A stretch of DNA of 64,000 nt from a virus (taxonomy: Duplodnaviria > Caudoviricetes), in IMG/VR virus record IMGVR_UViG_3300035498_000732, positions 1 through 64,000 of that record. One strand, written 5' to 3'. The notes below the pieces were generated by a model. It worked only from the letters and a program-made list of their open reading frames with translations. It was not told the origin of the DNA and did no database searches. Positions within the stretch are counted from its first letter, which is position 1; the number at the start of each line of letters is the position of its first letter. Position numbers and translations under genes: made by a program. Shown one piece after another: positions 19,424 through 30,364 of the stretch.

Positions 19424-20422
19424 TTATTTATTATTAACTAATTGCTCTATATTGATTCCAAATAACTTGTCATCCCATTTTGTAATATCTCTTCTGTAGT
19501 AAGAGTCCTGCACATATGGTAAGATCTCATAAATTTTATCCATATTCTCTATGATAAGATTACCATGTACTACATAGATCTCATCTGCATAATCCATCAC
19601 TGTAGAGAATATCTCATCTGCTACGTCAATTGATATATTATTGAATGGCATACAATATACTGCATAGGTTACAGTAGATATGATATTACGATATGCATCA
19701 TTGATACATTGCATAGCAAAATATTCAAGTGTTCCCCTATTAGCAGTGATATTAGCATTTACCATTGCATTTAAAGAATCGTCATCAGGTTGCGGGCCAA
19801 ATTCTTCTGTATAGAATTTATTGGCTGCATCAAACACAGCATATACATCTGCATCAACGTCATTAAATTGCTTAAGATTGATACGATAATATAAATCTGG
19901 ATAGAATTTATACAAAGACTCAATCTGATCATGAGTATAGTCATATCCAGCATCATGCATTACTGATATAAGATCATCTATTACAATCTTATATGCATGA
20001 TATATAATAGTGCAAAAGTTACTATTGACCATTGATTCAATTGTATCAACCATAGTAGCTTTCTTAGCAGCAATGTATCTGTTCCTGGTATCTACATGCG
20101 CTATCTCTAATTCATTAGCCTCTACCTGATCTTCCAATACATTCATTCCAGTATATAAAGTATTCTGGAATGGTGTTGTGCCTGCAGGATATGACCTTTC
20201 CACATTATAATTGTCCTTATCGTCTTCAATAATTTCGCACCTAGGAACACACAAAGCAGTTGAATTAATAAGAGATTCAGTCAATCCTTTCTCAAGAATT
20301 AACATAGGTTTCTTGAATGTGACACATGGTACTGGTTCTGTAAGATATGTGTCAACAGATTTAGAAGGTTTTACCTCCTGTAATTGATTTGTTGTTTCAT
20401 TTTTGTGTTTCTTCTTCAACAT
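19424..20422 (-). CDS. Hypothetical protein
   Basis: 332-aa ORF, RBS, downstream hairpin. Confidence 0.75.
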   Translation of the reverse strand: MLKKKHKNETTNQLQEVKPSKSVDTYLTEPVPCVTFKKPMLILEKGLTESLINSTALCVPRCEIIEDDKDNYNVERSYPAGTTPFQNTLYTGMNVLEDQVEANELEIAHVDTRNRYIAAKKATMVDTIESMVNSNFCTIIYHAYKIVIDDLISVMHDAGYDYTHDQIESLYKFYPDLYYRINLKQFNDVDADVYAVFDAANKFYTEEFGPQPDDDSLNAMVNANITANRGTLEYFAMQCINDAYRNIISTVTYAVYCMPFNNISIDVADEIFSTVMDYADEIYVVHGNLIIENMDKIYEILPYVQDSYYRRDITKWDDKLFGINIEQLVNNK

Positions 20423-20454
20423 TTTTCTCTCCTTTTTTGTATTTTTAGTATATA

Positions 20455-21159
20455 CTAATGAATTAATTTATAATAATTCCTAGTATCAAAGTTAGGCATA
20501 TACCTGAAAGTATATGCATCTTGCTTAATGCTGTAACCATAATCTTCTGCAGCATTTATATGATCAACGTAGTCTTGCAATACTCTACGAGTATTCTGAT
20601 CTACCATATTATTGAAATAAGATATAGTATTGATTAATTCATCATCTACATCTTCGTTCAAACGATTAAATTTTATAAAACTCTGTTTAGCTTTATAAGT
20701 ATCTTTAGGATTAGTAATTGCTATGTGTCCTAATTGGTGATATAGTTCTATATGAAGATTATTCTTCACTATCTGATTTGCTATATCTATAAATACATCT
20801 TGATTTAATATGGGCTTCCCATTAGACCCAATAAGATTTCCATCATATGATCTTTCTGCCCATTGTGTGTATCTATCCCTTAATCCAAATATACATAATT
20901 GACTATCTGAAAATAATCGTATATTTTGATAAAATTCTTTATATCTTATAGCAGCTTCTATTCCCATTCTTACTGCTTTAATTTCAGAATTATTACTTGT
21001 AGTATTTTGTATTATCAATGCATCTTGTTCTAATACTCTGTCTCCTCTTACAACTACATATCCAGCACATCCATAATAAGAATTATCTTTGTTCTTATGT
21101 ATAGATGCATCTGTAAATATTGCAAGAGAATTATAATTAAATATATTTTCGTATTTCAT
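20455..21159 (-). CDS. rnhA: Ribonuclease HI
   Basis: IFTDAS, TSNNSEIKAV, FSDSQ, GH and NNMVD catalytic motifs. Confidence 0.9.
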   Translation of the reverse strand: MKYENIFNYNSLAIFTDASIHKNKDNSYYGCAGYVVVRGDRVLEQDALIIQNTTSNNSEIKAVRMGIEAAIRYKEFYQNIRLFSDSQLCIFGLRDRYTQWAERSYDGNLIGSNGKPILNQDVFIDIANQIVKNNLHIELYHQLGHIAITNPKDTYKAKQSFIKFNRLNEDVDDELINTISYFNNMVDQNTRRVLQDYVDHINAAEDYGYSIKQDAYTFRYMPNFDTRNYYKLIH

Positions 21160-21318
21160 AAATTCTCCTTTCTATTGTCTCATGTGTATAATATATACCC
21201 ATATTGATTTTTAGTGAATATAAATCCAGTGAGCATATTAAGCCCACTGGATATAAAGTATGTAGTATGCTCAATATACAGAAAATAAATTAAATATTTT
21301 ATAAGTTATAGCCTCTTA

Positions 21319-21684
21319 TTAAACATTATTGAATCTGATGTTGAAAATGAGTTGCATAGGATTTCTAGATTGTTTTTCTTGAACCACAATACCATTGTCT
21401 TCTATAACCCCTATAGCTCTATAGACAGATGATGTCTTTGTATACCTAAGGTCTATCAGAATATCTATGTCGCATAATCCATTTTTACTCCCCTGGCCAA
21501 CATAGTATCCTATTCTATCGATAATATATTCAGAATCTTGAATGATAATAGAGTGCCCCTCTGGAGCAGAAATAGTATAGCATGGTTTATCCGAGGCAAC
21601 TGGTTTTACATAAAGTAAATACTTCAATAATTGGATAGCTGTGTATAAAGATATACAGATCATAAAAGCAAATTCAATATGCAT
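21319..21684 (-). CDS. Hypothetical membrane-anchored protein
   Basis: N-terminal hydrophobic helix; AAGGAGG RBS. Confidence 0.7.
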   Translation of the reverse strand: MHIEFAFMICISLYTAIQLLKYLLYVKPVASDKPCYTISAPEGHSIIIQDSEYIIDRIGYYVGQGSKNGLCDIDILIDLRYTKTSSVYRAIGVIEDNGIVVQEKQSRNPMQLIFNIRFNNV

Positions 21685-21774
21685 ATTCAGTCCTCCTTTA
21701 CAAAATATTTATCTCATATTAGAGACATTCCATGTATACTGAGTAGCTACGTCCAATTAAAGTATTGTTTGGGG

Positions 21775-22075
21775 CAATTAGCCATGGGCTATTTCTTTAC
21801 CCATGGCCATTGCGCAGTTAAGTTTTACGAAAGGAGCAAATACATTACGAGAATGTACATTTGCCAATGAAAAATGATATTGCAATGGACCATGCTGCTG
21901 TATAGTAAAAATAAAATCCACCGGCCAACGGGATTTTGATTGTTTTGGATTGACCGGTAAGAAGGTTTTAGGGTTTTTATACTTATAGGAGAAGCATAAT
22001 TTGAAGTAACCGTTTCTAGTCTAGGGAAAACTATCACAAACGAGCACTTAGAATATACAATAACATGATCCATTA
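21775..22075 (-). ncRNA. Candidate ~300-nt structured RNA with anti-SD loops
   Basis: Series of stems with CUCCU/CUCCUUUC/UUCCC segments; no credible ORF; only an imperfect late promoter. Confidence 0.5.
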
Positions 22076-22111
22076 CTTTTATAGTTTATAGTATAATAAA
22101 AAAAGAATATT

Positions 22112-22600
22112 TTATTTCTTCTTCTTTTTAGTGGATTTCTTCTTTGCTACTTTGATGCCTGCTTTCTTCATATTCTTAATAGTATCTGTAGCTTTCTTAA
22201 GAATACCTTTAGCTTTATCTCCTAAAGCTCCTCCACATTTTGCTTCTTCGATTAATTCATCGAAGTAATCTGCAGACTCAACCGTTAAGATGAGATTCTT
22301 TGGAGTAAGTGTATTCTCTCCATCACTATTGACATCCATGATCTGATTCATAATAGCACCAATGTCTGCTCCCATGTCATTTGCTGCTGCATATACAGAT
22401 GAAAAATCTACATAATATTTATCACCCTTCTGGATGACCGGAATCATTTCTGGTGTCATCGGAATGGTTTCATCTACATCCATTGTGGATGTAAGAACTT
22501 CATTTGCTTCTGCAATAATAGAAGATGTATCCATGCTATTTGACATAGAGAAATCTGTTCTACATGCTTCTGCTAATAATTCAACTCCTGATCTAAGCAT
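22112..22600 (-). CDS. Putative head-internal protein with basic tail
   Basis: Late promoter 22640-22651; LAE/IAE/VES/IEE candidate protease sites; K-rich C-terminus. Confidence 0.55.
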   Translation of the reverse strand: MLRSGVELLAEACRTDFSMSNSMDTSSIIAEANEVLTSTMDVDETIPMTPEMIPVIQKGDKYYVDFSSVYAAANDMGADIGAIMNQIMDVNSDGENTLTPKNLILTVESADYFDELIEEAKCGGALGDKAKGILKKATDTIKNMKKAGIKVAKKKSTKKKKK

Positions 22601-22638
22601 TACTAGGATCCTCCTTATAATAAAAATAAATATCGATA

Positions 22639-23514
22639 TTATATGTATGTTGCACTATTCTGAGGTTTCTTAATCCACTCTGGATGGAATGTAACACAAT
22701 TAGATGCTTCATTGACATTATTGTATACTTGTCTCTGTAGAGATTTATCTCTCAATTCTTGATCTGATAGTGATAATAATTGATATCCATTGTTTTGAAT
22801 CTCTTGTACTTTAGATTCCATAAGTGATTTTACTTCATCGAATTTAGGAAGTTCATATGCATTAGATGTATCTAGTGTAATAAGATTATTCTGTAGTATT
22901 ACTTCATTTTGAGATTCATTGTAAGTTTGTGAATATTGTTCTATTCGATCTATGAGTTCTAATTGTTCTGGTGTCATGAATTTATGATAATAGTCTATGA
23001 ATTTACCATAATTACCCATTACTTTATTGCATGGTACAAATAGATAAGACTTGTGCACTAATTCATGTTCTGTCTTGGATAATGATACTAATCCTACTAC
23101 CAGATAATAATGTAACTTTGTTACCTCTTTGGCTACTGCCTCTAATTCTAATGATTCATTGTAATATAATCTCTTATTGAATACAATGAGAGATATATCA
23201 AATAATGTAAATGGAGTGTGATGTAATTCCATTGATATTCGATTTCCATCTCTCGATGTAATATTCTCTTGGAAAGGGGATTCGTTGAGTCCCATATTGT
23301 CTTTGAGAAATTTGATTAATCTCTTATACTCTATGGATCCTCTCACTTCTCTCTCTACATCAAATATGAATCTCTTGAAATCTTTATCTGAATAGATGTC
23401 ATATGTATCTGTATCATATTGGGGTATTGAATCAAATTTCAATACTTGAAATTGATTTGCTTTTGTTTTTACTTCTGCATCTTCTATATGCATAATACTA
23501 TTTGGATCTATCAT
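22639..23514 (-). CDS. Jumbo-phage protein with HNH-like ELHH core; paralog of 11939-12793
   Basis: VRGSIEYK..MELHHTPFTL..LVSLSKTEHELVH..LFVP. Confidence 0.55.
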   Translation of the reverse strand: MIDPNSIMHIEDAEVKTKANQFQVLKFDSIPQYDTDTYDIYSDKDFKRFIFDVEREVRGSIEYKRLIKFLKDNMGLNESPFQENITSRDGNRISMELHHTPFTLFDISLIVFNKRLYYNESLELEAVAKEVTKLHYYLVVGLVSLSKTEHELVHKSYLFVPCNKVMGNYGKFIDYYHKFMTPEQLELIDRIEQYSQTYNESQNEVILQNNLITLDTSNAYELPKFDEVKSLMESKVQEIQNNGYQLLSLSDQELRDKSLQRQVYNNVNEASNCVTFHPEWIKKPQNSATYI

Positions 23515-23760
23515 AAAATTATTCTCCTGAATTGTTTTTCTCCATTGTAAATTTTTTAATATTTCTTAACTCTTTCTTTGTAGATATTTTATTGTTTTTT
23601 ATACCTAAAAAATATATAAAATGAAATATTAAATTTTTAAATCTTTAATAACTCTAAAGGTAGAGCCTGGGGGCTAGGGGAAGGAGGAGGGAACTACTAG
23701 TACCCTTTATATAATATAAAAAAAAATACTATGGAATTGGCCCATAGTATCTTTTCATTT

Positions 23761-24246
23761 TTATAAAGTTACCCTACCTCTCAATGCATCTCGCTCACTT
23801 GCTACAGGTATTCCAATTCTTTTACAGAAATCTTGTCTATTTATAGCTACCTTATAATCATTAGAAAATGATGTACCTAATGCTTCACGAACCATCTCAT
23901 CAAGTATTTTTTGTTCCCTACAGAATTCTTCCGAATCAATATCTGCAGGTTTAAGTCCCAATTTGGCATATTCTTCATATATTATATTACTTCTTTCCTT
24001 ATGCAATCTAACTAAAGCTCTATTTTCTGCTACTGTAACTCTAGCTGTATATTCTTTATTAGATCCCGGCATACCAATATTATGACCGTTTTCTATATAT
24101 AAGCATTCAGCATATTCTCTCTCCAAATTAGTTGGAGTCTTTCTTAATACTCCTCCTCTTGGGTATTTTTCAACAGCTACGAAAGCTTTCTCCAATGATT
24201 TTCTCTTTTCTGATCCATCTAAACTACTTTTAAATTTCATTTTCAT
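23761..24246 (-). CDS. Hypothetical protein (early)
   Basis: ORF, early promoter ~24347-24362, terminator ~23725-23757. Confidence 0.7.
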   Translation of the reverse strand: MKMKFKSSLDGSEKRKSLEKAFVAVEKYPRGGVLRKTPTNLEREYAECLYIENGHNIGMPGSNKEYTARVTVAENRALVRLHKERSNIIYEEYAKLGLKPADIDSEEFCREQKILDEMVREALGTSFSNDYKVAINRQDFCKRIGIPVASERDALRGRVTL

Positions 24247-24400
24247 TTCTTTACTTTTCCTTTCTTTTATTTTTAGTAATTCTTCAGTAGTACATATTTC
24301 TTATATTTAGCCTCCTTATTTATTTATACTACCGTATTTACACTATTATAATATACAACTGACTTATATTTTAATATAAATAGAAAGAGAGGAATCATAT

Positions 24401-24874
24401 ATGGCTAATAAAGTTGGTATTAAATGTATAGATGATATGTACGTTGTTAGTAAGGGAAAGAAGTTTAATATATACGTAGTGGTAGAAACATCAGACAATA
24501 GAAAAATAGGATCATCTATGTATGCTAAACCAAAGGATGTAGAAATTCTATTTCATGAATTACTTATGTCTAACAGGGAAGCCCAATATTTCTGTACATT
24601 GTCATCTGGAGATATATCAATTACATTAGAAAGAGTGCCATTAGACATTGGTGTAGTGGATATTTATAATGTCTCTATGTGTAATGGAAATTTTGTTAGC
24701 AAATGTTCTACTAGAGTATTAGATGAATTTAAAGATTCTATTAAAGAATGCTATAGACAGATAGCATACAATGCACCTGAATATAATAAATATCATATAA
24801 AAGAATCTAAAGATGATAAGTCTAATTTTCTTTCTAAATTATTTAATAAAAACAAGAAAGGAATATTTGAATAG
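24401..24874 (+). CDS. Hypothetical protein
   Basis: ORF with GAGG RBS. Confidence 0.75.
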   Translation: MANKVGIKCIDDMYVVSKGKKFNIYVVVETSDNRKIGSSMYAKPKDVEILFHELLMSNREAQYFCTLSSGDISITLERVPLDIGVVDIYNVSMCNGNFVSKCSTRVLDEFKDSIKECYRQIAYNAPEYNKYHIKESKDDKSNFLSKLFNKNKKGIFE

Positions 24875-24886
24875 AGGAGGTATGTA

Positions 24887-25780
24887 ATGACTACTAATGG
24901 AATGACTGTATATGACAAGGCTATAGAAGTATATAGAGAAGAATATTATGGATATGAATTTACTGCTAGAGCTATTCCATCAATAAATTCTCAATCATAT
25001 ATGTCTAATATATTATTATGCGAAGCCAATACATTGACATGTAAAAATGGAGAACCATCAGAAGATTCTATTATATTATCATCTGATGATTGTATGGAGT
25101 TCTGTGATCATCTTATGCATGTGGCAAAAGATAGTAGTAAGCGTAATTGTTATGTAGATAATGTGTCTACAACATTAGCTACTGGTGTAAAGGTGGAGTA
25201 TATTATTCTATCTTCTCAAGGAGAGGTAACTTATTTTGGGCATGACTTCACTGAAACAGTAGATAGTGCAATATTAAGTATATCTGATAAGATAAATGGT
25301 GAAGAAAGTCAATATAATATGTATATTCCTGTAAGCCATATCAAAGCAGTATGTGATTGTATTATGTCTGCTGTATCTCAAGCATTAGATATGCTAGAAT
25401 GCAATAGAAACTTAGAGAAACAGATGACTACTCTAAAGAATGATATGAAGTTAGAGAAGGTTCATGAATTATATTTTGAATTATATGATGCTGAACCTAA
25501 GATGTATTCTACTTCTATACTTGATGATAAGAAGTTCTGGTCTAAGACATATAAGATTACTGCAAGAGATGAGAACTCTAATCCATTATATGCATTCTTA
25601 AGAAACATGCATCTTACATGTGTACCTATGGTAGATTATAGAGACTATGGCAAAGAGTTTCTCTGCTGTCCATTTATATATTCAGATGAGATGATAGAGA
25701 TCGGAAAGCAATTTGTGGCTGAAAGAGAGAAAGATGCACATAATACAGTGAATAGTAAAATTGAAAATACAACTAACTAG
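24887..25780 (+). CDS. Hypothetical protein
   Basis: GGAGG RBS. Confidence 0.75.
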   Translation: MTTNGMTVYDKAIEVYREEYYGYEFTARAIPSINSQSYMSNILLCEANTLTCKNGEPSEDSIILSSDDCMEFCDHLMHVAKDSSKRNCYVDNVSTTLATGVKVEYIILSSQGEVTYFGHDFTETVDSAILSISDKINGEESQYNMYIPVSHIKAVCDCIMSAVSQALDMLECNRNLEKQMTTLKNDMKLEKVHELYFELYDAEPKMYSTSILDDKKFWSKTYKITARDENSNPLYAFLRNMHLTCVPMVDYRDYGKEFLCCPFIYSDEMIEIGKQFVAEREKDAHNTVNSKIENTTN

Positions 25781-25865
25781 AGTTTGGCAATAAATCTATT
25801 TTTAAGTATATATTATAATCTTGAAGTAAGTTAAAATATATATACTAAAGAAAGGAGATTACGAA

Positions 25866-26213
25866 ATGGACTTACAGAACAACTTCACTGAAACTCTATG
25901 TAAAAAATGGGATGAGGTGAAAGCAGAGTTCAATCAGCTAGGCTATGAGCAGGCTGATACTACAGTATCTGAAATTTCAGATACTAGAGTGTGTAACAAA
26001 TTTTACTTTGATAATGCTCTTTCTGGAGTTATTAAAGAGAAATATGGTAAGTCAATATCTTATGATGAGTATTGCAAGAATATTGACTTAGTAAGTATCA
26101 TGGGAAAATTTGTTTATGTACTATTTGCATCACAGTTCTTAGACTCTGTAGATGCAAATCCAGGTTACAATGAAAAACAGTATATTACAGCTTTTAAGAC
26201 TGTAGTAAAATAG
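25866..26213 (+). CDS. Hypothetical protein (early)
   Basis: Early promoter ~25806-25817, RBS, terminator 26213-26245. Confidence 0.75.
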   Translation: MDLQNNFTETLCKKWDEVKAEFNQLGYEQADTTVSEISDTRVCNKFYFDNALSGVIKEKYGKSISYDEYCKNIDLVSIMGKFVYVLFASQFLDSVDANPGYNEKQYITAFKTVVK

Positions 26214-26265
26214 GAGTAGGCTTAGCCTACTCCTTCTTTTTATTTTATGAAAGGATGGTAAGAAA

Positions 26266-27207
26266 GTGGAAGAGATATTTGAAAAGTATAAAGTTTTAAA
26301 AGATGACTATTTAGTTCTTAAAGATGGTAGACAGGTCTTTAGAATTAAAGCATTACGAGACATTCATAATCATGAGATTGATGTTAAAGCAGGAGATCTT
26401 GGTGGTTATGTAGCATCTGAGGGTAATCTTTCCCAAATGGGAAATTCATGGATTGGGCCTGGTTCTATAGTATGCGGTAGAGCATTTGTGAGTTCCGAAG
26501 ATGTTGCTGTATTAGGGAATTCATATGTATACGATTCTTATAAGCATACATGCAGTTCAATTGGCGGCAAAACAGTATCTATTATAGATTCATATATAAA
26601 GGACTGTGAATTTGATATTATTACAGAAGATGAGATATTAATTCATAATAGTAAGCTTACCAGATGTACATTTGAGCATTCCGCATTAGCAAAGATCGAT
26701 TGCAGTGTATTGACAGACTGCAAAATGTCTTATGCAACTATATTTGATTCAAATATAGAGAATGCTGTAATTCCGTATGGGGCTGATATTAATCATGATG
26801 ATTATGTATTGGTAGACTCGGTTCCAGAATCTCTGATAGTTAAATTTATAAGTGGAAAGCCAACACCTCTACCAACCAGAGATAAAATATTTTTATGCAT
26901 GGGATCTTTAGATCATCAATTTGTGATGACATCGCAAGTATATAAACATGATGGATCTGTAGATGATCTGATTTTCAAGATTCAGAATGGGACTAGTGTG
27001 GAATGCACTAAGCAAGAACAGAAAAGACGTTGTATCAAAGCTAATATTTATAGTGGCATGATTAATTCATTGTCTAATATGATCCTTCTCAATACATCTG
27101 ATATCGAATCTCCTGTAAATACCAAAAAGTTCCCATTATATGAATACACATCTATCATAAATATTCCATTATGTGAATATCAATCTACAAATAAAGAAAT
27201 GGAGTGA
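26266..27207 (+). CDS. YdcK-like beta-helix repeat protein
   Basis: FRIKALRD..VKAGDLGGYVASEGNLSQ.GNSWI N-terminus followed by short beta repeats. Confidence 0.75.
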   Translation: MEEIFEKYKVLKDDYLVLKDGRQVFRIKALRDIHNHEIDVKAGDLGGYVASEGNLSQMGNSWIGPGSIVCGRAFVSSEDVAVLGNSYVYDSYKHTCSSIGGKTVSIIDSYIKDCEFDIITEDEILIHNSKLTRCTFEHSALAKIDCSVLTDCKMSYATIFDSNIENAVIPYGADINHDDYVLVDSVPESLIVKFISGKPTPLPTRDKIFLCMGSLDHQFVMTSQVYKHDGSVDDLIFKIQNGTSVECTKQEQKRRCIKANIYSGMINSLSNMILLNTSDIESPVNTKKFPLYEYTSIINIPLCEYQSTNKEME

Positions 27208-27212
27208 GAAAT

Positions 27213-27740
27213 ATGAAAGTAGAAGATAATATTATTATTTTGAGTAGTGATGACATTCAAACATCTGAAAGTTCTGATATAATTATCAGTACTATAGGCA
27301 ATAATGAAAACTCTCACTACCATAGCAGAATTGGACTTGATATCCAGGCTGCTAGTAAATTAGCAGAGTGCTTAAATGATGCGGTATATAATATTGTAGC
27401 AAAAGCAAACTCTGTACCAGTAGTACCGCAAGTACTTAAGGCTCTTATCGATCTGAATAAAGTATCTCAACTGAGGTATTCCAGGCAGTGTAGAAATGAA
27501 GATACCAAAATGGTATTGTATAAAATCATTGCCAAGTTTACTGATAACACTACTAGGGATTATTACTTTGAGTGCAGATTTTTTCAAGATGATATTCTTC
27601 GTAAGCAGCAGCTTAATTATGTAAACAATATTCCTATAATATTTAATAATCCAGTAGATGAGCCCAAGACAGAACGTGCTACCGGAGAAATTGGATACAA
27701 TATTAATGGAATAAAATTAGAGGATTTAGGATTTATATGA
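27213..27740 (+). CDS. Hypothetical protein
   Basis: GGAG RBS; operon. Confidence 0.7.
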   Translation: MKVEDNIIILSSDDIQTSESSDIIISTIGNNENSHYHSRIGLDIQAASKLAECLNDAVYNIVAKANSVPVVPQVLKALIDLNKVSQLRYSRQCRNEDTKMVLYKIIAKFTDNTTRDYYFECRFFQDDILRKQQLNYVNNIPIIFNNPVDEPKTERATGEIGYNINGIKLEDLGFI

Positions 27741-28234
27741 GAGCTGATAATATATTTCAATATCCAAATAGATATGGCACTGCTATATTTGAAGTAGTGC
27801 CATCATCTCAATACTCTTCTGTATTTGGGTATAAAACTCTATTGCTGGAAGTTCTCGATAAAATGGGATTGCCAATAATGGAAGTAAATATACCAGACAG
27901 AAAAGCATATGAGATATACAATATTCTTGATACTGCATATAAGCCATTAGAAGAATCTGATACTCCATCTGCAGTATTAAGAACTATTGAGCTACCACCA
28001 TGCCAGCTCATAAGATATTCTGCTATAATGAATATAATGCCAGAGTATACTGAAATGAATATACTAGGAACTTCAATCCCATATGGTCAAACCAAGAGCG
28101 CAATGATTGCATTTGACCCTAAAGATCCTAATTTCATGGGATTCATGGGATTCATGTATATTAATTTCGAAATGCCCGCATTAAAGAATGACATTGCAGC
28201 AAATTATTATTATGAGCATATTAAAGAATATTAA
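27737..28234 (+). CDS. Hypothetical protein
   Basis: ATGA overlap with upstream gene. Confidence 0.7.
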   Translation: MRADNIFQYPNRYGTAIFEVVPSSQYSSVFGYKTLLLEVLDKMGLPIMEVNIPDRKAYEIYNILDTAYKPLEESDTPSAVLRTIELPPCQLIRYSAIMNIMPEYTEMNILGTSIPYGQTKSAMIAFDPKDPNFMGFMGFMYINFEMPALKNDIAANYYYEHIKEY

Positions 28235-28247
28235 GGAGGAAGAAATA

Positions 28248-29261
28248 ATGGGTATTAAGGATGCAATTAAAATGTTTGGAAATAAGAAAGTTGATCCCGT
28301 TTCCAAACCAGAAGACTTCAGGGATTATGTAATTAAGTCTAATAAGATTGGATCTTATATAGACTTTGACTCTATCTATGATATGGATGCCAAAGATAGA
28401 CGTAATGCTAGAAAACTGCAGACATTAGTAAAGTCATCCATAAATGATCTTATAGATAGAAAGATCAATGTGGATGAATTAGAACGTGTTATGGAAGCAT
28501 TGGATCAGGCATTTCTGTATTCTGATATCACAGACTTTGATGGGGAGAAATCCATTCACACAATTGATGTAAACCTTGGTGATGACAAGATTACTATCAA
28601 GTCTGTTCCAATGGAAGGCCCTGATATCAAGTACAAGGTTACCATTATGTGCAACTACAGATCTATCATTATCCCTACAGGTATCATGTGCTTATCAGAT
28701 AGATATCAGATTGCATATGATATTTATCGTGGATGCTCTAATCACACAGACACTTATGTAGATGATATGAAGAGAGATGTAGGCAATGCTCTTTATGCAG
28801 TTTCTAATGCAAGAATCAATTATCGTCTTTCAACTAGAGATTATCTGGAGTTCCAGAATATCATATTTGTTCCATTTGATATTGTGAATATTGGAATAGA
28901 CAGAAACAAGAAGAAGACTGTATTGCCGTATGTAGTAGGGGCAGCAATCGATATCAGCACAAATTATATCAGAGGATTTGCTGTTAAGGCTACAGAGGGA
29001 TCATTGATTCCTACATTTTTAGAGAGAAGATATGATTTGTCTCTCTTTAATAATGAGGAACTGTTCTTAGAGTTGCTTAAGAAATATGACTCTGACGATA
29101 TTGAATCTATTTTGATGAATGCAGTCCGGACATATGCAGATGCTAGATTGTATCTGGCTGGGGATTCAGCAATGAGCATCCTTAAAGATGCATATCTGAA
29201 GTTTGAGTTCAATGATGATTATAAATATGATCATGCATGGGATTTAATAAAATTAGCTTAA
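28248..29261 (+). CDS. Hypothetical protein
   Basis: AAGGAGG RBS before ATG 28248; terminator ~29274-29310. Confidence 0.75.
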   Translation: MGIKDAIKMFGNKKVDPVSKPEDFRDYVIKSNKIGSYIDFDSIYDMDAKDRRNARKLQTLVKSSINDLIDRKINVDELERVMEALDQAFLYSDITDFDGEKSIHTIDVNLGDDKITIKSVPMEGPDIKYKVTIMCNYRSIIIPTGIMCLSDRYQIAYDIYRGCSNHTDTYVDDMKRDVGNALYAVSNARINYRLSTRDYLEFQNIIFVPFDIVNIGIDRNKKKTVLPYVVGAAIDISTNYIRGFAVKATEGSLIPTFLERRYDLSLFNNEELFLELLKKYDSDDIESILMNAVRTYADARLYLAGDSAMSILKDAYLKFEFNDDYKYDHAWDLIKLA

Positions 29262-29326
29262 TAAAAATAAAAATGAAGTACTCTTATTTATAGGAGTACT
29301 TCTTTTTTTGTATTGGAGGATAAAAA

Positions 29327-30115
29327 ATGTCATTTTTTTATAAATTTAAGAAAAAAGACCCTGAGAAGAAATATCACAGCAATATAGCAATAACTGCTTA
29401 TGAACCTGTACATATTTCATCATACAATATTGATGACCTTGTAAAAGCTGCACCTCTGGGTATCTCAGGAACCTATAGATTAATTCAGAGGGTAATAAAT
29501 GTAGTATTTATGGTATCCAAGAAACAAGATGATATTTGTTGGGAAATAGCAAGTGCTTTAGGATTTAGGAAATTAAAGACAGCATCCAAAAATATAGATG
29601 ATGTATATTTTGTATGCACTAATGTAAATGCCATGTATTTATATGCATATCATTATTATGTCACTCAAATTCCAAATAAAGCAGCTGCAACTTTTTCATC
29701 ATGGATTGAAAGTATGGATGACTCCATCTTTACATATGAGCAATATATAGCAATGGGATGGGTAGGTGAATATGGGCATGGAGGAGATTTATTCACCCAG
29801 CTTATTACTAGAGGAGAAGAGCTCATTGCGTATATCGATGATGATGTAATGGATGATAATGAATTAATAATGATAAATATCGATCAAGATGCTAATATAG
29901 GATATAAGACTAACTTAATGGCTGCTGCTGAATATTCAGTATGCTCTACAAATCATGTAATAGTATTTATTAATCCTTATAAATATGGACTAATACGAGA
30001 AATGCATCATGATATTCAGAATTATAATGATTCAGCACAATCTTCATTAGATGATGACATGATAGCATGTGAAATACTAAATGATGAGTATAATCTAAAA
30101 GATAATCAGCAATGA
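29327..30115 (+). CDS. Hypothetical protein
   Basis: GGAGG RBS. Confidence 0.75.
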   Translation: MSFFYKFKKKDPEKKYHSNIAITAYEPVHISSYNIDDLVKAAPLGISGTYRLIQRVINVVFMVSKKQDDICWEIASALGFRKLKTASKNIDDVYFVCTNVNAMYLYAYHYYVTQIPNKAAATFSSWIESMDDSIFTYEQYIAMGWVGEYGHGGDLFTQLITRGEELIAYIDDDVMDDNELIMINIDQDANIGYKTNLMAAAEYSVCSTNHVIVFINPYKYGLIREMHHDIQNYNDSAQSSLDDDMIACEILNDEYNLKDNQQ

Positions 30116-30184
30116 GCCATTTAAGAATTTACACATGCCGGAACTAGGGAATAATGAGATATTTAGGCGTATGAGGTTATTATA

Positions 30185-30364
30185 ATGAAGAAAAGTGAGT
30201 TTATTAATATTCTAATGACTGCAACACCAGAAGAAATCAACCGCTATATTGAAGACAAAGGGAAGAAAGGAAAACCATTTTGTCCTGTAGTATTTCATAA
30301 TAGCACAACACACAAAAATTTGGAGGTAGAGGATAATGGAAAGATGCAAAGAAGTAATATCTGA
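30185..30364 (+). CDS. Small 59-aa protein (MKKSEFINILMTATPEEINRYIEDKGKK...), absent from ORF track
   Basis: Manual translation; GAGG RBS at ~30173. Confidence 0.65.
   Translation: MKKSEFINILMTATPEEINRYIEDKGKKGKPFCPVVFHNSTTHKNLEVEDNGKMQRSNI

Noticed and set aside
21210-21310. Possible extra short RNA before the hairpin at 21224-21252
   Set aside because: Adequately explained as the 3' UTR and terminator of 21319-21684.
21825-22073. 82-aa minus-strand ORF
   Set aside because: No SD, atypical composition, dense RNA stems.
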